DNA of 61,511 nucleotides from Thermococcus sp. JdFR-02 (GTDB taxonomy: Archaea; Methanobacteriota_B; Thermococci; Thermococcales; Thermococcaceae): NCBI GenBank assembly GCA_002009975.1, contig MTLP01000020.1:1-61511 (forward strand), written 5' to 3'. The stretch's first letter is position 1; each line of letters begins with the position of its first letter. A model generated the notes under the pieces. The model did no database searches and was not told where the DNA came from. It saw only the letters and a list, made by a program, of their open reading frames with translations. Of this stretch, positions 28,574-39,183 are shown one piece after another. The translations under genes were made by a program, and so were the position numbers.

Positions 28574-30889
28574 ATGAAGAAGTGGGAGAGAATTTTTGAG
28601 CCAAAGTTTGCTTTACCGCTGATAACACTGGTTGCATTGATTTACAGGATGTATCCTTTTTTTAAGTACAAATATTTGTTTGGATATGACCCTTATTTTC
28701 ATTTAGCTTATATTGAGGAGAGCGTGAAAGCCGGGTATTGGATAAAGTTTATTACTTTTGCAAATGCACCATCGGGTGCTAAATTGGATAGTCCTCTTGG
28801 TTTGTACTTGGCACCTTATTATGTTTACAAATTTTTTAATATCTTTGGAGTTTCTTTATACGATGCTTTTAGGATTACACCAGTTATTTTTGGAGTTTTA
28901 ACAGTTGTATTCTTTTATTTGGCTATCTTAAACTTCTATGGTAAAGAGGAGGCATTTTTTTCTGCTTTCTTTTTAGCAGTAATGTTTGGGCATGTTTTTA
29001 GGTCGGTAGCGGGTTATTATCGGGGAGACAATTACATGCTCTTTTGGTATTCTTTTGCACTGTTTGGTATTTCTTTAGCTTTTAAATATTGGAAAAAAGA
29101 TGAGAGATATTTATTCTATTTAATTCCAGCTTTTGCAAGTGGATTAGCATCAATATTCTGGAAAGCTTATTATCCAATATTTGGATTTTTGATTGGAAAC
29201 GCAGTTTTCATTGCTATAGGAGCTTTTATGTTGAACAAAAGAAGATATTTCTTAGATTCGGCTCTGTTAACACTTTCTACGGCTTTTGGAATTTTATTGG
29301 CTCTTAAACTTGGGGGAATTTATAGCTATGGGATGTTATGGAACAGTGGCATTTCAGAAAAAGTCGCAAAGGAATTTGGCTTTAAGCTTGAAGCGATTAA
29401 GGATATTTATCTATTCGTTCATTTGAAAGTCTTAGTTCCGTTAGTTCTTTTGTTTATCCTTCTGCTGTTCCTTATTAGCAAGATTAAAAGAGTACATTAT
29501 AAACTAGGTGCATTGAGTTTGGTAACAGTTATTATGATTGTTGGGGTCATGAAAATCGATAAGCCTCCTTTCAACTATGTGTGGATAATAAAAGAGCTGT
29601 TAACTGGCTTTGGAATGTTCACCAATCCACCCATAGCAGAAACTCAAAAAAGTACTTTTCAAGACTTATTTGCTGCATATAACATTGTCATGTTTTTAGT
29701 GCCATTTTATTTTCTTAGATTTTATAAAAGATTCAAAGTTGTGGATGTGATGAATTTTGGTTTAATAATTCCAAGCTTGCTCATGATTTATTATTGGACA
29801 CGGTTTTTGTTTATCAGTTCAATAACAATTGCATTGATGGGAGGAATCGGCTTAGTGAATTTTTATAAAATTATAAAAGGCATAAACATCTCTGCCAGAA
29901 AGTTAACAGCTGTTACTGTTATTTTACTACTGTTAATACCTTTTGTTAGTGCTTCTTTAGGTTTTGAAAGGCTTTCAAATGAGAGACCTTTTGCAAATAA
30001 ATACTGGGAAGATGCTTTAGTCTATCTTAGGAAAAATTCCCATGAGAGTGATGTGGTTTTAGCATGGTGGGATTATGGTCATTGGATAAGCTATTATGTA
30101 AGAAGAGCGCCAATTGCCCAGAGCGGACCGAATTCATTTGTTGCTAGTTATTATCTAGGAAAAATCAACGATAACCAATTAATGGCTCGTGGAGTTGATT
30201 ATGTAATTGTTTCCTATGATACTGCTTTAAAGTTTGGAGCTATTCTGGAAACTGCTAAAGAGCCTAAAGAGGAACACTTCATGGTAGTTCTCCCTTTAGT
30301 CTCCACATATAAAGCTTTAATATTTCAAAGAGAGAATTATAAAATCGTGGCAAAGCCGGGTGAAAAGTGGCAAATAAGCGTTATTGTGAATTATAAAACA
30401 TATACTCCAAAAGAAGTTTGGATAGAAAGCAAAAAGGGGGTTAAAAAAGTTAAAATTTCAACCACAGGAAATGTTGTCAATGCTTATGTTTATATTAATC
30501 TGAATTATGGCTACGCTGTTTTGATGAGTGAAAAGAGTTTTAACACTACTTTAGCTAAGTTAATGTTCACAAATGAGTATCCCAAGAATTATAAGCTCTT
30601 TTATTCAGATGGCGGCATAGTTAAGGTGTTTAAATTTGAACATCCAAATGTTGAAGTTATAAAGAATGGAAAGGAAATTCGCTTTGCGTTGGAGAATGGA
30701 GATAAGGAGTATAGTTTGTGTATTTCTGGATTTTATGAAAATGGGACAAGAATCTTCAATGATTGCTATCCAATAGCTGAGAATAAACCTATTGTTATTG
30801 AGATGAAAATTCAAGAAGTTAAGGTCATTAGATATGCCCTTTATGAGAAGAAAAAAGTTTTAGATGCAGGGATTTTTAGAGTTGATTAA
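28574..30889 (+). CDS. aglB: Oligosaccharyltransferase AglB/STT3 (short form)
   Basis: GYDPYFH, YRGD, IAET and WWDYG motifs; multi-TM N-terminus. Confidence 0.93.
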   Translation: MKKWERIFEPKFALPLITLVALIYRMYPFFKYKYLFGYDPYFHLAYIEESVKAGYWIKFITFANAPSGAKLDSPLGLYLAPYYVYKFFNIFGVSLYDAFRITPVIFGVLTVVFFYLAILNFYGKEEAFFSAFFLAVMFGHVFRSVAGYYRGDNYMLFWYSFALFGISLAFKYWKKDERYLFYLIPAFASGLASIFWKAYYPIFGFLIGNAVFIAIGAFMLNKRRYFLDSALLTLSTAFGILLALKLGGIYSYGMLWNSGISEKVAKEFGFKLEAIKDIYLFVHLKVLVPLVLLFILLLFLISKIKRVHYKLGALSLVTVIMIVGVMKIDKPPFNYVWIIKELLTGFGMFTNPPIAETQKSTFQDLFAAYNIVMFLVPFYFLRFYKRFKVVDVMNFGLIIPSLLMIYYWTRFLFISSITIALMGGIGLVNFYKIIKGINISARKLTAVTVILLLLIPFVSASLGFERLSNERPFANKYWEDALVYLRKNSHESDVVLAWWDYGHWISYYVRRAPIAQSGPNSFVASYYLGKINDNQLMARGVDYVIVSYDTALKFGAILETAKEPKEEHFMVVLPLVSTYKALIFQRENYKIVAKPGEKWQISVIVNYKTYTPKEVWIESKKGVKKVKISTTGNVVNAYVYINLNYGYAVLMSEKSFNTTLAKLMFTNEYPKNYKLFYSDGGIVKVFKFEHPNVEVIKNGKEIRFALENGDKEYSLCISGFYENGTRIFNDCYPIAENKPIVIEMKIQEVKVIRYALYEKKKVLDAGIFRVD

Positions 30890-30940
30890 TCGACAAATTT
30901 TTAATCTTTAAAAGTTGTATAACAAATTCGGTGTAGTTGC

Positions 30941-31999
30941 ATGAAAGCTTTAATACTTTCTGGTGGACACGGAACAAGGCTTAGACCTTTAACGTACTCT
31001 CAGCAAAAGCAGCTTATTCCGGTTGCAAATAAGCCCGTTCTTTTTTATGCAATTGAAGATGTCATAGAGGCAGGTGTTCATAATATAGGAATTATAGTTG
31101 GACCAAACAAAGAACAGGTAATTAACGCAGTTAAAAGTGTTGATTGGGATGCTAACATTGAGTTCATTTATCAAGGAGAACCTTTGGGATTAGCACATGC
31201 AATAAAAGTTGCAAGAGATTATCTTGGAGATGACGACTTTGTTATGTATCTTGGCGATAACATCCTTAGAGAGGGGATTGTCAAGCATTTAGAGCATTTT
31301 AAGAAAGGTGACTTTGATGCGAGCATTTTATTGTGTGAAGTTCCAAATCCGCAACAATTTGGTGTTGCAGAGCTTAGCGAGGATGGAAAAACGATTAAAC
31401 GATTAGTAGAGAAGCCCAAGATTCCGCCGAGTAATTTAGCCTTAGTGGGAATCTACTTCTTTAAGCCAATCGTTCATGAAGCTGTTGAGAACATAAAACC
31501 CTCTTGGAGAAATGAGCTTGAGATTACAGATGCAATTCAATGGCTAATTGATCATGGCTACAAAGTGGGATGGACAAAAGTTGAGAATTGGTGGAAAGAC
31601 ACTGGAAAGCCTGAGGACATTTTAGATGCGAATAGATTGATTTTGGACGACATTAAAAGGGAGATAAAAGTTAAAACTAAAGCTAAGATACTTGGAAGAG
31701 TTATAGTTGAGGAAGGAACTGAAATTGACGAAAACACAGTTATTAAAGGTCCAGCAATAATTGGAAAGAACTGTAAGCTCAAGAATGCTTATATTGGTCC
31801 TTATACGAGTATTGGGGACAATTGTGTTATTGAAAATACTGAGATTGAGGATTCAATAATAATGGATGGCACGGTTGTAAATTGTGGTGGGAGAATAGTA
31901 GAAAGCTTGATTGGAAAGGAAGTAAAGATAATGGAAAGGAACCAACATCCTATTGGAAGAAAATTAGTCCTTGGAGACAGATCTCAAGTGATTTTATGA
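30941..31999 (+). CDS. rmlA: Glucose-1-phosphate thymidylyltransferase (long form)
   Basis: LSGGHGTRLRP, KQLIPVANKP, ELEITD and WWKDTG motifs. Confidence 0.93.
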   Translation: MKALILSGGHGTRLRPLTYSQQKQLIPVANKPVLFYAIEDVIEAGVHNIGIIVGPNKEQVINAVKSVDWDANIEFIYQGEPLGLAHAIKVARDYLGDDDFVMYLGDNILREGIVKHLEHFKKGDFDASILLCEVPNPQQFGVAELSEDGKTIKRLVEKPKIPPSNLALVGIYFFKPIVHEAVENIKPSWRNELEITDAIQWLIDHGYKVGWTKVENWWKDTGKPEDILDANRLILDDIKREIKVKTKAKILGRVIVEEGTEIDENTVIKGPAIIGKNCKLKNAYIGPYTSIGDNCVIENTEIEDSIIMDGTVVNCGGRIVESLIGKEVKIMERNQHPIGRKLVLGDRSQVIL

Positions 32000-32010
32000 G
32001 GTGAAAACAA

Positions 32011-33030
32011 ATGAAGGTATTAGTTACTGGTGGAGCCGGTTACATTGGTTCAGTCATGGTGCCAATGTTATTAGATGAAGGATTTGATGTCGTGGTTCTT
32101 GATAGATTTTTCTTTGGAAAAGAGACTTTAAAAGAAGTTGAAGGGCATCCAAGGCTAACGCTAATTAAGGATGACATTCGCTGGTTTGATCCTTCAATAA
32201 TGAAGGGGATTGACGGAGTAATTGATCTGGCAGCATTATCCAATGATCCAGCTGGGGAGTTAGATCCTCAAAAAACCTTGGAAATAAACTACAAGGGAAG
32301 AGTGAGGGTTGCTCAATTAGCTAAAAAATATGGGGCTGAAAAATATATTTTTGCATCGACTTGTAGTGTCTACGGTTTCCAAGATAGTATTGTGAATGAA
32401 GACTCTCCAACAAATCCACTAACAACTTATGCAAAATCTGCAGTTCTAGCTGAGCAAGAGATAATGCCTTTAGGAGACAATAATTTTAGTGTGACTTTCT
32501 TAAGACAAGCAACGGTTTATGGACTTTCTCCAAGAATGCGTTTTGATTTAGCAATAAATGCCATGATATTGTATCTTTGGAAAGATGGCAAGTTGAGAAT
32601 AATGCGTGATGGAACTCAGTGGAGACCTTTTGTGTATGTTAAAGACACATCAAGGGCATTCATCAAAGTTCTTGAAGCTGATCCCGATATTGTTAATAAA
32701 CAGATATTCAATGTGGGAAGTAATGAACAGAACTATCAAATATTTCCACTTGCAAAAATGCTTGCTGAAGCTTTAGGTATGGAGTTGCAGTATGAATGGT
32801 ATGGAGATCCAGATAAGAGATCATATCGTGTAGATTTTTCAAAAATAAAAGAAGTTCTTGGATTTAAGCCAAAGTATACTCCAAAAGATGCAGCAAAGGA
32901 AATTTACCAAGCATTAGAAGATGGCAAGGTGAAAGATGATATTAAAACTAGAACAGTTCAATGGTATAAATATTTGCTTGAAGCTCATAGAATTATTAAA
33001 GATGTTGAGTTAGGTGGAGTTATATTGTAG
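32011..33030 (+). CDS. NAD-dependent nucleotide-sugar epimerase/dehydratase (extended SDR) with atypical active site
   Basis: TGGAGYIG Rossmann motif; STCSVYG; YAKSA in place of YxxxK. Confidence 0.85.
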   Translation: MKVLVTGGAGYIGSVMVPMLLDEGFDVVVLDRFFFGKETLKEVEGHPRLTLIKDDIRWFDPSIMKGIDGVIDLAALSNDPAGELDPQKTLEINYKGRVRVAQLAKKYGAEKYIFASTCSVYGFQDSIVNEDSPTNPLTTYAKSAVLAEQEIMPLGDNNFSVTFLRQATVYGLSPRMRFDLAINAMILYLWKDGKLRIMRDGTQWRPFVYVKDTSRAFIKVLEADPDIVNKQIFNVGSNEQNYQIFPLAKMLAEALGMELQYEWYGDPDKRSYRVDFSKIKEVLGFKPKYTPKDAAKEIYQALEDGKVKDDIKTRTVQWYKYLLEAHRIIKDVELGGVIL

Positions 33031-33042
33031 GAGGTGAAGAAA

Positions 33043-33600
33043 ATGCCTTTTAAATTTAAAAAATTGGAAATTCCGGATGTAGTATTAATAAAGCCCAAGG
33101 TCTTTGAAGATGAGAGAGGCTTTTTTATGGAAACTTACAAAAAGTCTGATTTTGAAAAAGCTGGAATAAACGGTGAATTTATTCAGGATAATCATTCAAA
33201 ATCAAAGTATGGTGTGTTAAGGGGATTACATTTCCAGAAAGAACCCTATGCTCAGGCAAAGATTGTTAGATGCATTAGGGGAGTTATTTACGATGTTGCT
33301 GTCGATTTAAGAAAAGATTCACCAACCTTTGGGAAATATGTTGGTGTTATTCTTTCAGAATACAACAAATATCAACTCTATATTCCAAGAGGCTTTGCTC
33401 ATGGATTTGTAGTGCTGAGTGATGTTGCTGAAGTAGCTTATAAAGTAGATAATATCTATGCCCCAGATTATGAAGGAGGGCTAATTTGGAACGACCCACA
33501 TGTAGACATTCAATGGCCCATTGAGGATCCAATACTCTCAGAAAAGGACAAAAAATGGCCAACACTAAAAGAGTTAATCAAAAGAGGAGAATTGTTTTAG
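33043..33600 (+). CDS. rmlC: dTDP-4-dehydrorhamnose 3,5-epimerase
   Basis: DERGFF, QDNHS, VLRGLHFQ and PRGFAHGF motifs. Confidence 0.96.
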   Translation: MPFKFKKLEIPDVVLIKPKVFEDERGFFMETYKKSDFEKAGINGEFIQDNHSKSKYGVLRGLHFQKEPYAQAKIVRCIRGVIYDVAVDLRKDSPTFGKYVGVILSEYNKYQLYIPRGFAHGFVVLSDVAEVAYKVDNIYAPDYEGGLIWNDPHVDIQWPIEDPILSEKDKKWPTLKELIKRGELF

Positions 33601-33653
33601 GTGAGTTGGGTTTTTATTTTTGTAACTGGGACTTAATTAATAAGGTGGTTAAG

Positions 33654-34523
33654 ATGAGAGTTGCAATAATTGGTGCAAAAGGACAGCTTGGAAGTGATTT
33701 GGTTAAGGCTTTTGGAGAAGATGCAATCCCTTTAACTCATGAAGATTTAGACGTTACAGACTTTGAGAGTTTAAAAATTTTGAACGAACTTAAGCCCGAT
33801 GTTATAATCAATACTGCTGCATATCATAAAACCGACGAATGTGAGGAGAATCCAGAAAAGACTTTCCTTGTTAATTCAGTTGGTGCTAGAAATGTAGCAC
33901 TCATATCTAAAGAAATAGATGCAATAAATGTGTACATAAGCACTGACTATGTATTTGATGGAACTAAAGGAGAGCCTTATACAGAAGAAGATGTACCAAA
34001 CCCTATAAACGTTTATGGAGTAAGCAAATATGCTGGAGAGCTCTTAGTCAAATATATAACCGACAAGCATTACATCATTAGAGTTTCGAGCCTCTTTGGT
34101 GTTGCAGGAGCTAGTGGAAAGGGAGGAAACTTCGTTGAGACAATGATAAAACTTGCAAAGGCTGGTAGAGAGATAAATGTTGTGAACGATATAGTAATGT
34201 CTCCAACCTATACGAGAGATGCAGCTTTAGCTATTAAAGAGATACTTAGAAAGAGACTACCTTATGGAATATATCACGTAACTAATGATGGCTTTTGCAC
34301 TTGGTACGAATTTGCAAAGGCGATTTTTGAAATAACTGGCATTGAGGTAAGTTTGAATCCGATAACTTCAGATAAGTTTCCAACAAAGGCTAAAAGACCA
34401 AAATTCTCGGCTCTAAGCATTGAAAAGCTAAAATCTTTTGGAATCAATATGAGACCTTGGAATGAAGCGTTAAAGGATTATTTAAGAGAGAAGGGGCATA
34501 TATATCACAGGACAAAAATCTAG
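33654..34523 (+). CDS. rmlD: dTDP-4-dehydrorhamnose reductase
   Basis: GAKGQLG, ISTDYVFDG, YGVSK and SPTY motifs. Confidence 0.94.
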   Translation: MRVAIIGAKGQLGSDLVKAFGEDAIPLTHEDLDVTDFESLKILNELKPDVIINTAAYHKTDECEENPEKTFLVNSVGARNVALISKEIDAINVYISTDYVFDGTKGEPYTEEDVPNPINVYGVSKYAGELLVKYITDKHYIIRVSSLFGVAGASGKGGNFVETMIKLAKAGREINVVNDIVMSPTYTRDAALAIKEILRKRLPYGIYHVTNDGFCTWYEFAKAIFEITGIEVSLNPITSDKFPTKAKRPKFSALSIEKLKSFGINMRPWNEALKDYLREKGHIYHRTKI

Positions 34524-34637
34524 TCAGATTTTGGTGAAGCTTATGAGTGAAGCAAGCAAAGCTTTGTGGAAGATTACTAAAGGACGGAGATTTGAATAAT
34601 AGCAATCCTTAAAACCAATGAATTATTAAAATCTGAG

Positions 34638-36086
34638 ATGGTTGCTATGAACACTATCCAGAGAATAGCAAAAAACATGGCTGTGCTATTTCTTGCGAGA
34701 ATTGCTAGCACGTTATTTGGCTTTTTCTATGTAATGTACACTGCAAGATACTTAGGACCAACAAATTATGGTATTTTAGCATTCGCCTTAGCTTTAAACG
34801 GAATATTTGGGGTTATTACTAATTTTGGTTTTGATCCTTTAACCGTTAGGGAAGTTGCGAGAAATAAAAGTCTAGCTAAGAAATATTTAGCGAACGGGAT
34901 TGCTTTAAAGTTGCTTTTTGGGACTTTGACTTTTTTGGTAGTAACCTTAGTCGTTAATTTACTAGGTTATCCTGAGGTTACTGTTAAAGTTGTTTACTTA
35001 GTAACGTTTTCGACGATCATGGCCGGAGTTAATAACTTATTCAACGATATATATCAAGCATTTGAGAAGATGGAGTTTATGTCTATTGGGCAGATTTTGA
35101 GTAGTGCATTATCCTTAGCTTTTGCTTTAGTTGGGATAAAACTTAACTTAGATGTTTTGTACTTTTCAATGGTTTATCTTATTGTGAACTTGATCGTTTT
35201 GAGCTATCATATTGCTGTTATGATCTGGAAGTTCGTGATGCCGAGTATTGAAGTGGATGTGAGATTTTGGAGGAATGTTTTGAGAGAAGCATGGCCTTTT
35301 GCTCTCACAGCCATGTTTATTTCGATTTACTATTGGATAGATTCGGTTATGCTGTCATACATAAAAGGAGATGAAGTTGTTGGATGGTACAATGCGGCTT
35401 ATAGATTAGTTATTAATTTATCCTTCATTCCTGGTATTGTCAATATGGTGGTCTTTCCCGTCATGTCAATATTTCATATATCTTCAAAACACTCTTTGCA
35501 TTTAGTGTTTGAAAAGTATTTTAAATTTATGCTAGCGATTGGTATTCCCTTAGGAATTGGGACAACACTTCTAGCTGATAGAATAATAGTAACTATATTT
35601 AGCAGTGAATATATTCCATCAATACAAGCTCTTCAAGTACTTATCTGGGCAATGGTATGTGTCTTTGCAAAGCTTCCATTTGTGCGGTTGTTAGAATCAA
35701 TAGACAAGCAATCAATCGTGGCAAAAGTAACAGGGATTGGAATGGTGGAGAATGTTATTTTAAACTTAATGATAATTCCAAAATTTAGTTATATTGGTGC
35801 AAGTATTACAACACTTATAACGGAGATTACTGTTACAACTCTTGTAATTGCTTCCGTTTATAAATCCGGATATGGTATTCGGAAAAAACACTTCTTAATG
35901 TATATATCCAAGCCGTTCATTTCTAGTGGACTAATGGGATTTTTTGTTTGGAGATTATCACATGTAACAAGGAACTTGATGATACTAATAGTGTTATCTA
36001 TATTCTTATATAGTGGAGGAATGTTTATAATAAAAGGAATAGATAAGGAAGATTTGGGTTACTTAAGCAAATTAAAAGTAAGATAA
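34638..36086 (+). CDS. Oligosaccharide flippase (Wzx/AglR-like, MOP family)
   Basis: ARYLGP..YG, IDSVML and VGWYNAAYRL motifs; about 14 TM helices. Confidence 0.92.
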   Translation: MVAMNTIQRIAKNMAVLFLARIASTLFGFFYVMYTARYLGPTNYGILAFALALNGIFGVITNFGFDPLTVREVARNKSLAKKYLANGIALKLLFGTLTFLVVTLVVNLLGYPEVTVKVVYLVTFSTIMAGVNNLFNDIYQAFEKMEFMSIGQILSSALSLAFALVGIKLNLDVLYFSMVYLIVNLIVLSYHIAVMIWKFVMPSIEVDVRFWRNVLREAWPFALTAMFISIYYWIDSVMLSYIKGDEVVGWYNAAYRLVINLSFIPGIVNMVVFPVMSIFHISSKHSLHLVFEKYFKFMLAIGIPLGIGTTLLADRIIVTIFSSEYIPSIQALQVLIWAMVCVFAKLPFVRLLESIDKQSIVAKVTGIGMVENVILNLMIIPKFSYIGASITTLITEITVTTLVIASVYKSGYGIRKKHFLMYISKPFISSGLMGFFVWRLSHVTRNLMILIVLSIFLYSGGMFIIKGIDKEDLGYLSKLKVR

Positions 36087-36177
36087 AATAAAGCTTTAAG
36101 AGACGTAAATAGAATTAGCTTGATATCATAGAAAAATATACTTTAGAAAATTACTAATGTTATACTCAATGTTCTCA

Positions 36178-37464
36178 TTAAACATGCTTCTCTGTGTCTG
36201 TCATATTCATGATATCTTGATAAATTTTCTCTGTTTTTTTAGCTATTGCTTCATAGCTACACTTGCTTTTTATATATGCTGACAACTTTTTAGGAGGATA
36301 TCTCTTATAGTTATCTAGCATATATTCTATAGCCTTTTCCAAAGATTCAATGTCTTCAGGAGGTACTAATATTCCAAGTGTTTTCTTTATATTTTCTTCT
36401 AAAGCAGGAATGTTAGTAGCCACTACAGGAGTACCACAAGCAAGACTTTCAAAGAATGTTACACCAAATGTTTCCCATGTGGTTGGTTGTACATAGATAT
36501 GAGCATTTCTCATATATTTTGCCACATCTTTTTGTGGTTTAACTCCCAAAAACTTAATAAATTTTGCAATATTAAGATATCTTGCTAATTTTTCATATTC
36601 TTCTCTATATGGCCCATCCCCAATTATTTCAAGAAGAATATCCTGTCTTCGCTGGATAATTTTCTTGAGTGAATAGATAAGATACACTAATCCTTTTTCT
36701 GGAATAATCCGTCCTACAAAGAGTAATCTTCTATGCATGGATCTTTTCTGCTGGAACAATTTTGGATAAAATATGTCAAAATTAATTGGATTAGGTACAA
36801 CACAGAAATTGTTATATATGCCATAACTCATTATGTGTTTTTTTAAGTAGTGAGTGGGAGTAAGGATTAAGGTTGCATTTTTTAGTATAAACTTTGCCTC
36901 TATAATATCTACCCAAGAAAGGCTCCTTCTAGGAAATCCACTCCAATGCTCACTTATTACTACAGGAATGTGGTATAACTTACCTAATAATACTGCATTT
37001 ATCCCTGCATAAAACCCATGAGCATGAATTATATCTGGCTTCCAACCTTCTTTTAGTAATCTGCGAAATCCTAGTATGATACCAAATAAGGTAGGTATTT
37101 GATTGATGTATGTGATCAGTTTATTTACTCGATTAAATAATTTATTTTCTCTGCTTTTTTTAATTTTATCGCGATTATCTCTTATCTTTCGAGTAATTGC
37201 AAAATCCAGCTTTTTTAAAATTCTTGAAAATATTCCACTATATTCAATTTTAACGACTTCAATATTGTCCTCAAAGTTTTTAATTACTCTGTAAGTGTAT
37301 AAGATGCCAAAAACATCTAATGGGTGGGTAGGGTATGAATAAAGAATTTTCACTGAGTTATTTTTTGAGATTGCTTTTGCAAATTCTTTTATAAAAATAC
37401 CTGCTATTGGATTCCTATCTGAGGGATAATTGGTGGGGATGACCAATATTTTTAATTTCTTCAT
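36178..37464 (-). CDS. GT4 glycosyltransferase
   Basis: DIIHAH, VGRIIPEKG and ETFGVTFFESLACG motifs. Confidence 0.9.
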   Translation of the reverse strand: MKKLKILVIPTNYPSDRNPIAGIFIKEFAKAISKNNSVKILYSYPTHPLDVFGILYTYRVIKNFEDNIEVVKIEYSGIFSRILKKLDFAITRKIRDNRDKIKKSRENKLFNRVNKLITYINQIPTLFGIILGFRRLLKEGWKPDIIHAHGFYAGINAVLLGKLYHIPVVISEHWSGFPRRSLSWVDIIEAKFILKNATLILTPTHYLKKHIMSYGIYNNFCVVPNPINFDIFYPKLFQQKRSMHRRLLFVGRIIPEKGLVYLIYSLKKIIQRRQDILLEIIGDGPYREEYEKLARYLNIAKFIKFLGVKPQKDVAKYMRNAHIYVQPTTWETFGVTFFESLACGTPVVATNIPALEENIKKTLGILVPPEDIESLEKAIEYMLDNYKRYPPKKLSAYIKSKCSYEAIAKKTEKIYQDIMNMTDTEKHV

Positions 37465-39164
37465 TTTGTATCCCCCCAATACACATAAACCCATAATCCC
37501 CTGTTATAGTATATTTGGTTAATTTTTTGATAAACTCGCACTTCTCTGAAATCTGATGGCGTGAATCTTTCAGTTTCATTCCATAATTTTAGATATTTAA
37601 CAACGTCCGCATAAGATAACCATATATAATAACTGTTTAGGTTATGGATAAAGATATTTTTGAAATGATCCCCCACATATTGGTTTCTAGGTGCCTCATC
37701 AGAAACACCTAAAATTGAGTTAGATGCTGCAGATATAGTAGTAGGGGAAATCCCCAATATAGGGTTGTCTGTATCTTTATTTTGAAGTAACCACTTTGTT
37801 CCAGTAAACTCCATAATTGTGAACTGCCCATTTGGAGCTTCAATGAACGGAGATGGGAGTGTATTAAATATGTGCAGAGTACTTATAAAAATGAGGAGAC
37901 TTACCCAAAGCCATCTTTTATAGTTCTTCATTACAATGTTTTTATAAAGAGCATAACCAAACATCAATTCAAGTGAAAATACACTGTATCTAATTCCTCT
38001 AAATATATCACTTCCAGTAGGTAATACAAATGTTAAGAGTATTGTCCAAATTGTTGAAGCTACAAAAATAAATATTAACAATTTGTGTTGTCTGGTTTTC
38101 TGGATATATTGTCTTTTTGATATCAATTCGAATAGAGCAAGCAAGACTACAACTCCCATTGTTATATATCCTCCAAACCATTTAAAAATGAATGTTGTTA
38201 ATTTCCAAAAAGAGAAATGGCTAATTTTAGAAACTTCTGAAATCGAAACATAATTCTCTGGAGTAACAAACCATCTTAAGACCATCATAATCCTTCTTTT
38301 CCAAAGGACAGTTCTAGAAAACCAAGAGATAAACGAAACTACAGAAAGAATCACAATTTCAGTAAGATATAGAGCATTTCTTTTATTACAGTTTGTCAAA
38401 ATGTCTAAAAATAACATTAATCCTAGAAAATATGTCCAGAACAATGAAAATAGTGGATGGAGTATCGGCAAGAATACACTAACAAGACTAAGGAGAAAAG
38501 TGGTTTTAGGTTGTTGGATTTTAAAATGTAGCAAATATAAATATAACAGTAATGGGAAAAGATTCAAAGCAAATGTATGGGGGGCTGGAGATAAAGGTGC
38601 TAAAAAAATAGAAGGGATTAGTAGGATTGAGAGAATTATGTACCTCCTTGTTGTGAGTTTAGTAAAAATGTTTTTTGTTAAGGTATATATAGATAGAACA
38701 TAGATAGCAAAAAACAGTAAATTAATGCGACCAGTTATTATTAGAAATGAGATATCAGCTAAGTATGATATTCCAATAATTATAATGTGAATTGCAGGAT
38801 AGTAATTGGTAGAGGGTATTTTACCAGTTGTAAGAATATCTATCACGTGCCCTATATGTCTAAGTCCATCCGCTCGACTAAAAAAGAAATACTTCTTCCA
38901 TAAAGGTGTAGATATGATATATAAACAGCTTGTAAGCAGAAAAAACACAAAAAACTTTTGTTGCACTTTCTTACTTATAATAACACCAACTAGTGAGAGT
39001 ACATAAATACTACTAATCAAAAAGAATATACTCTTTGCGGATGAATACGGAGATAGTTCATATCCAGAAGAAGGAGGATATAAGAGGATATTTAATGATA
39101 AGCAGACTAACAAGAGAATATCAACAATTAAGAGGAATCTTGTAATATTTTTTTGAGATATCAT
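37461..39164 (-). CDS. Polytopic membrane protein, possible GT-C-fold transferase/polymerase
   Basis: More than 10 TM helices; first external loop ADGLRH...YYPAIH; C-terminal soluble domain. Confidence 0.6.
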   Translation of the reverse strand: MISQKNITRFLLIVDILLLVCLSLNILLYPPSSGYELSPYSSAKSIFFLISSIYVLSLVGVIISKKVQQKFFVFFLLTSCLYIISTPLWKKYFFFSRADGLRHIGHVIDILTTGKIPSTNYYPAIHIIIIGISYLADISFLIITGRINLLFFAIYVLSIYTLTKNIFTKLTTRRYIILSILLIPSIFLAPLSPAPHTFALNLFPLLLYLYLLHFKIQQPKTTFLLSLVSVFLPILHPLFSLFWTYFLGLMLFLDILTNCNKRNALYLTEIVILSVVSFISWFSRTVLWKRRIMMVLRWFVTPENYVSISEVSKISHFSFWKLTTFIFKWFGGYITMGVVVLLALFELISKRQYIQKTRQHKLLIFIFVASTIWTILLTFVLPTGSDIFRGIRYSVFSLELMFGYALYKNIVMKNYKRWLWVSLLIFISTLHIFNTLPSPFIEAPNGQFTIMEFTGTKWLLQNKDTDNPILGISPTTISAASNSILGVSDEAPRNQYVGDHFKNIFIHNLNSYYIWLSYADVVKYLKLWNETERFTPSDFREVRVYQKINQIYYNRGLWVYVYWGDTK

Positions 39165-39183
39165 CTTATTACGCCCTCCTTAG

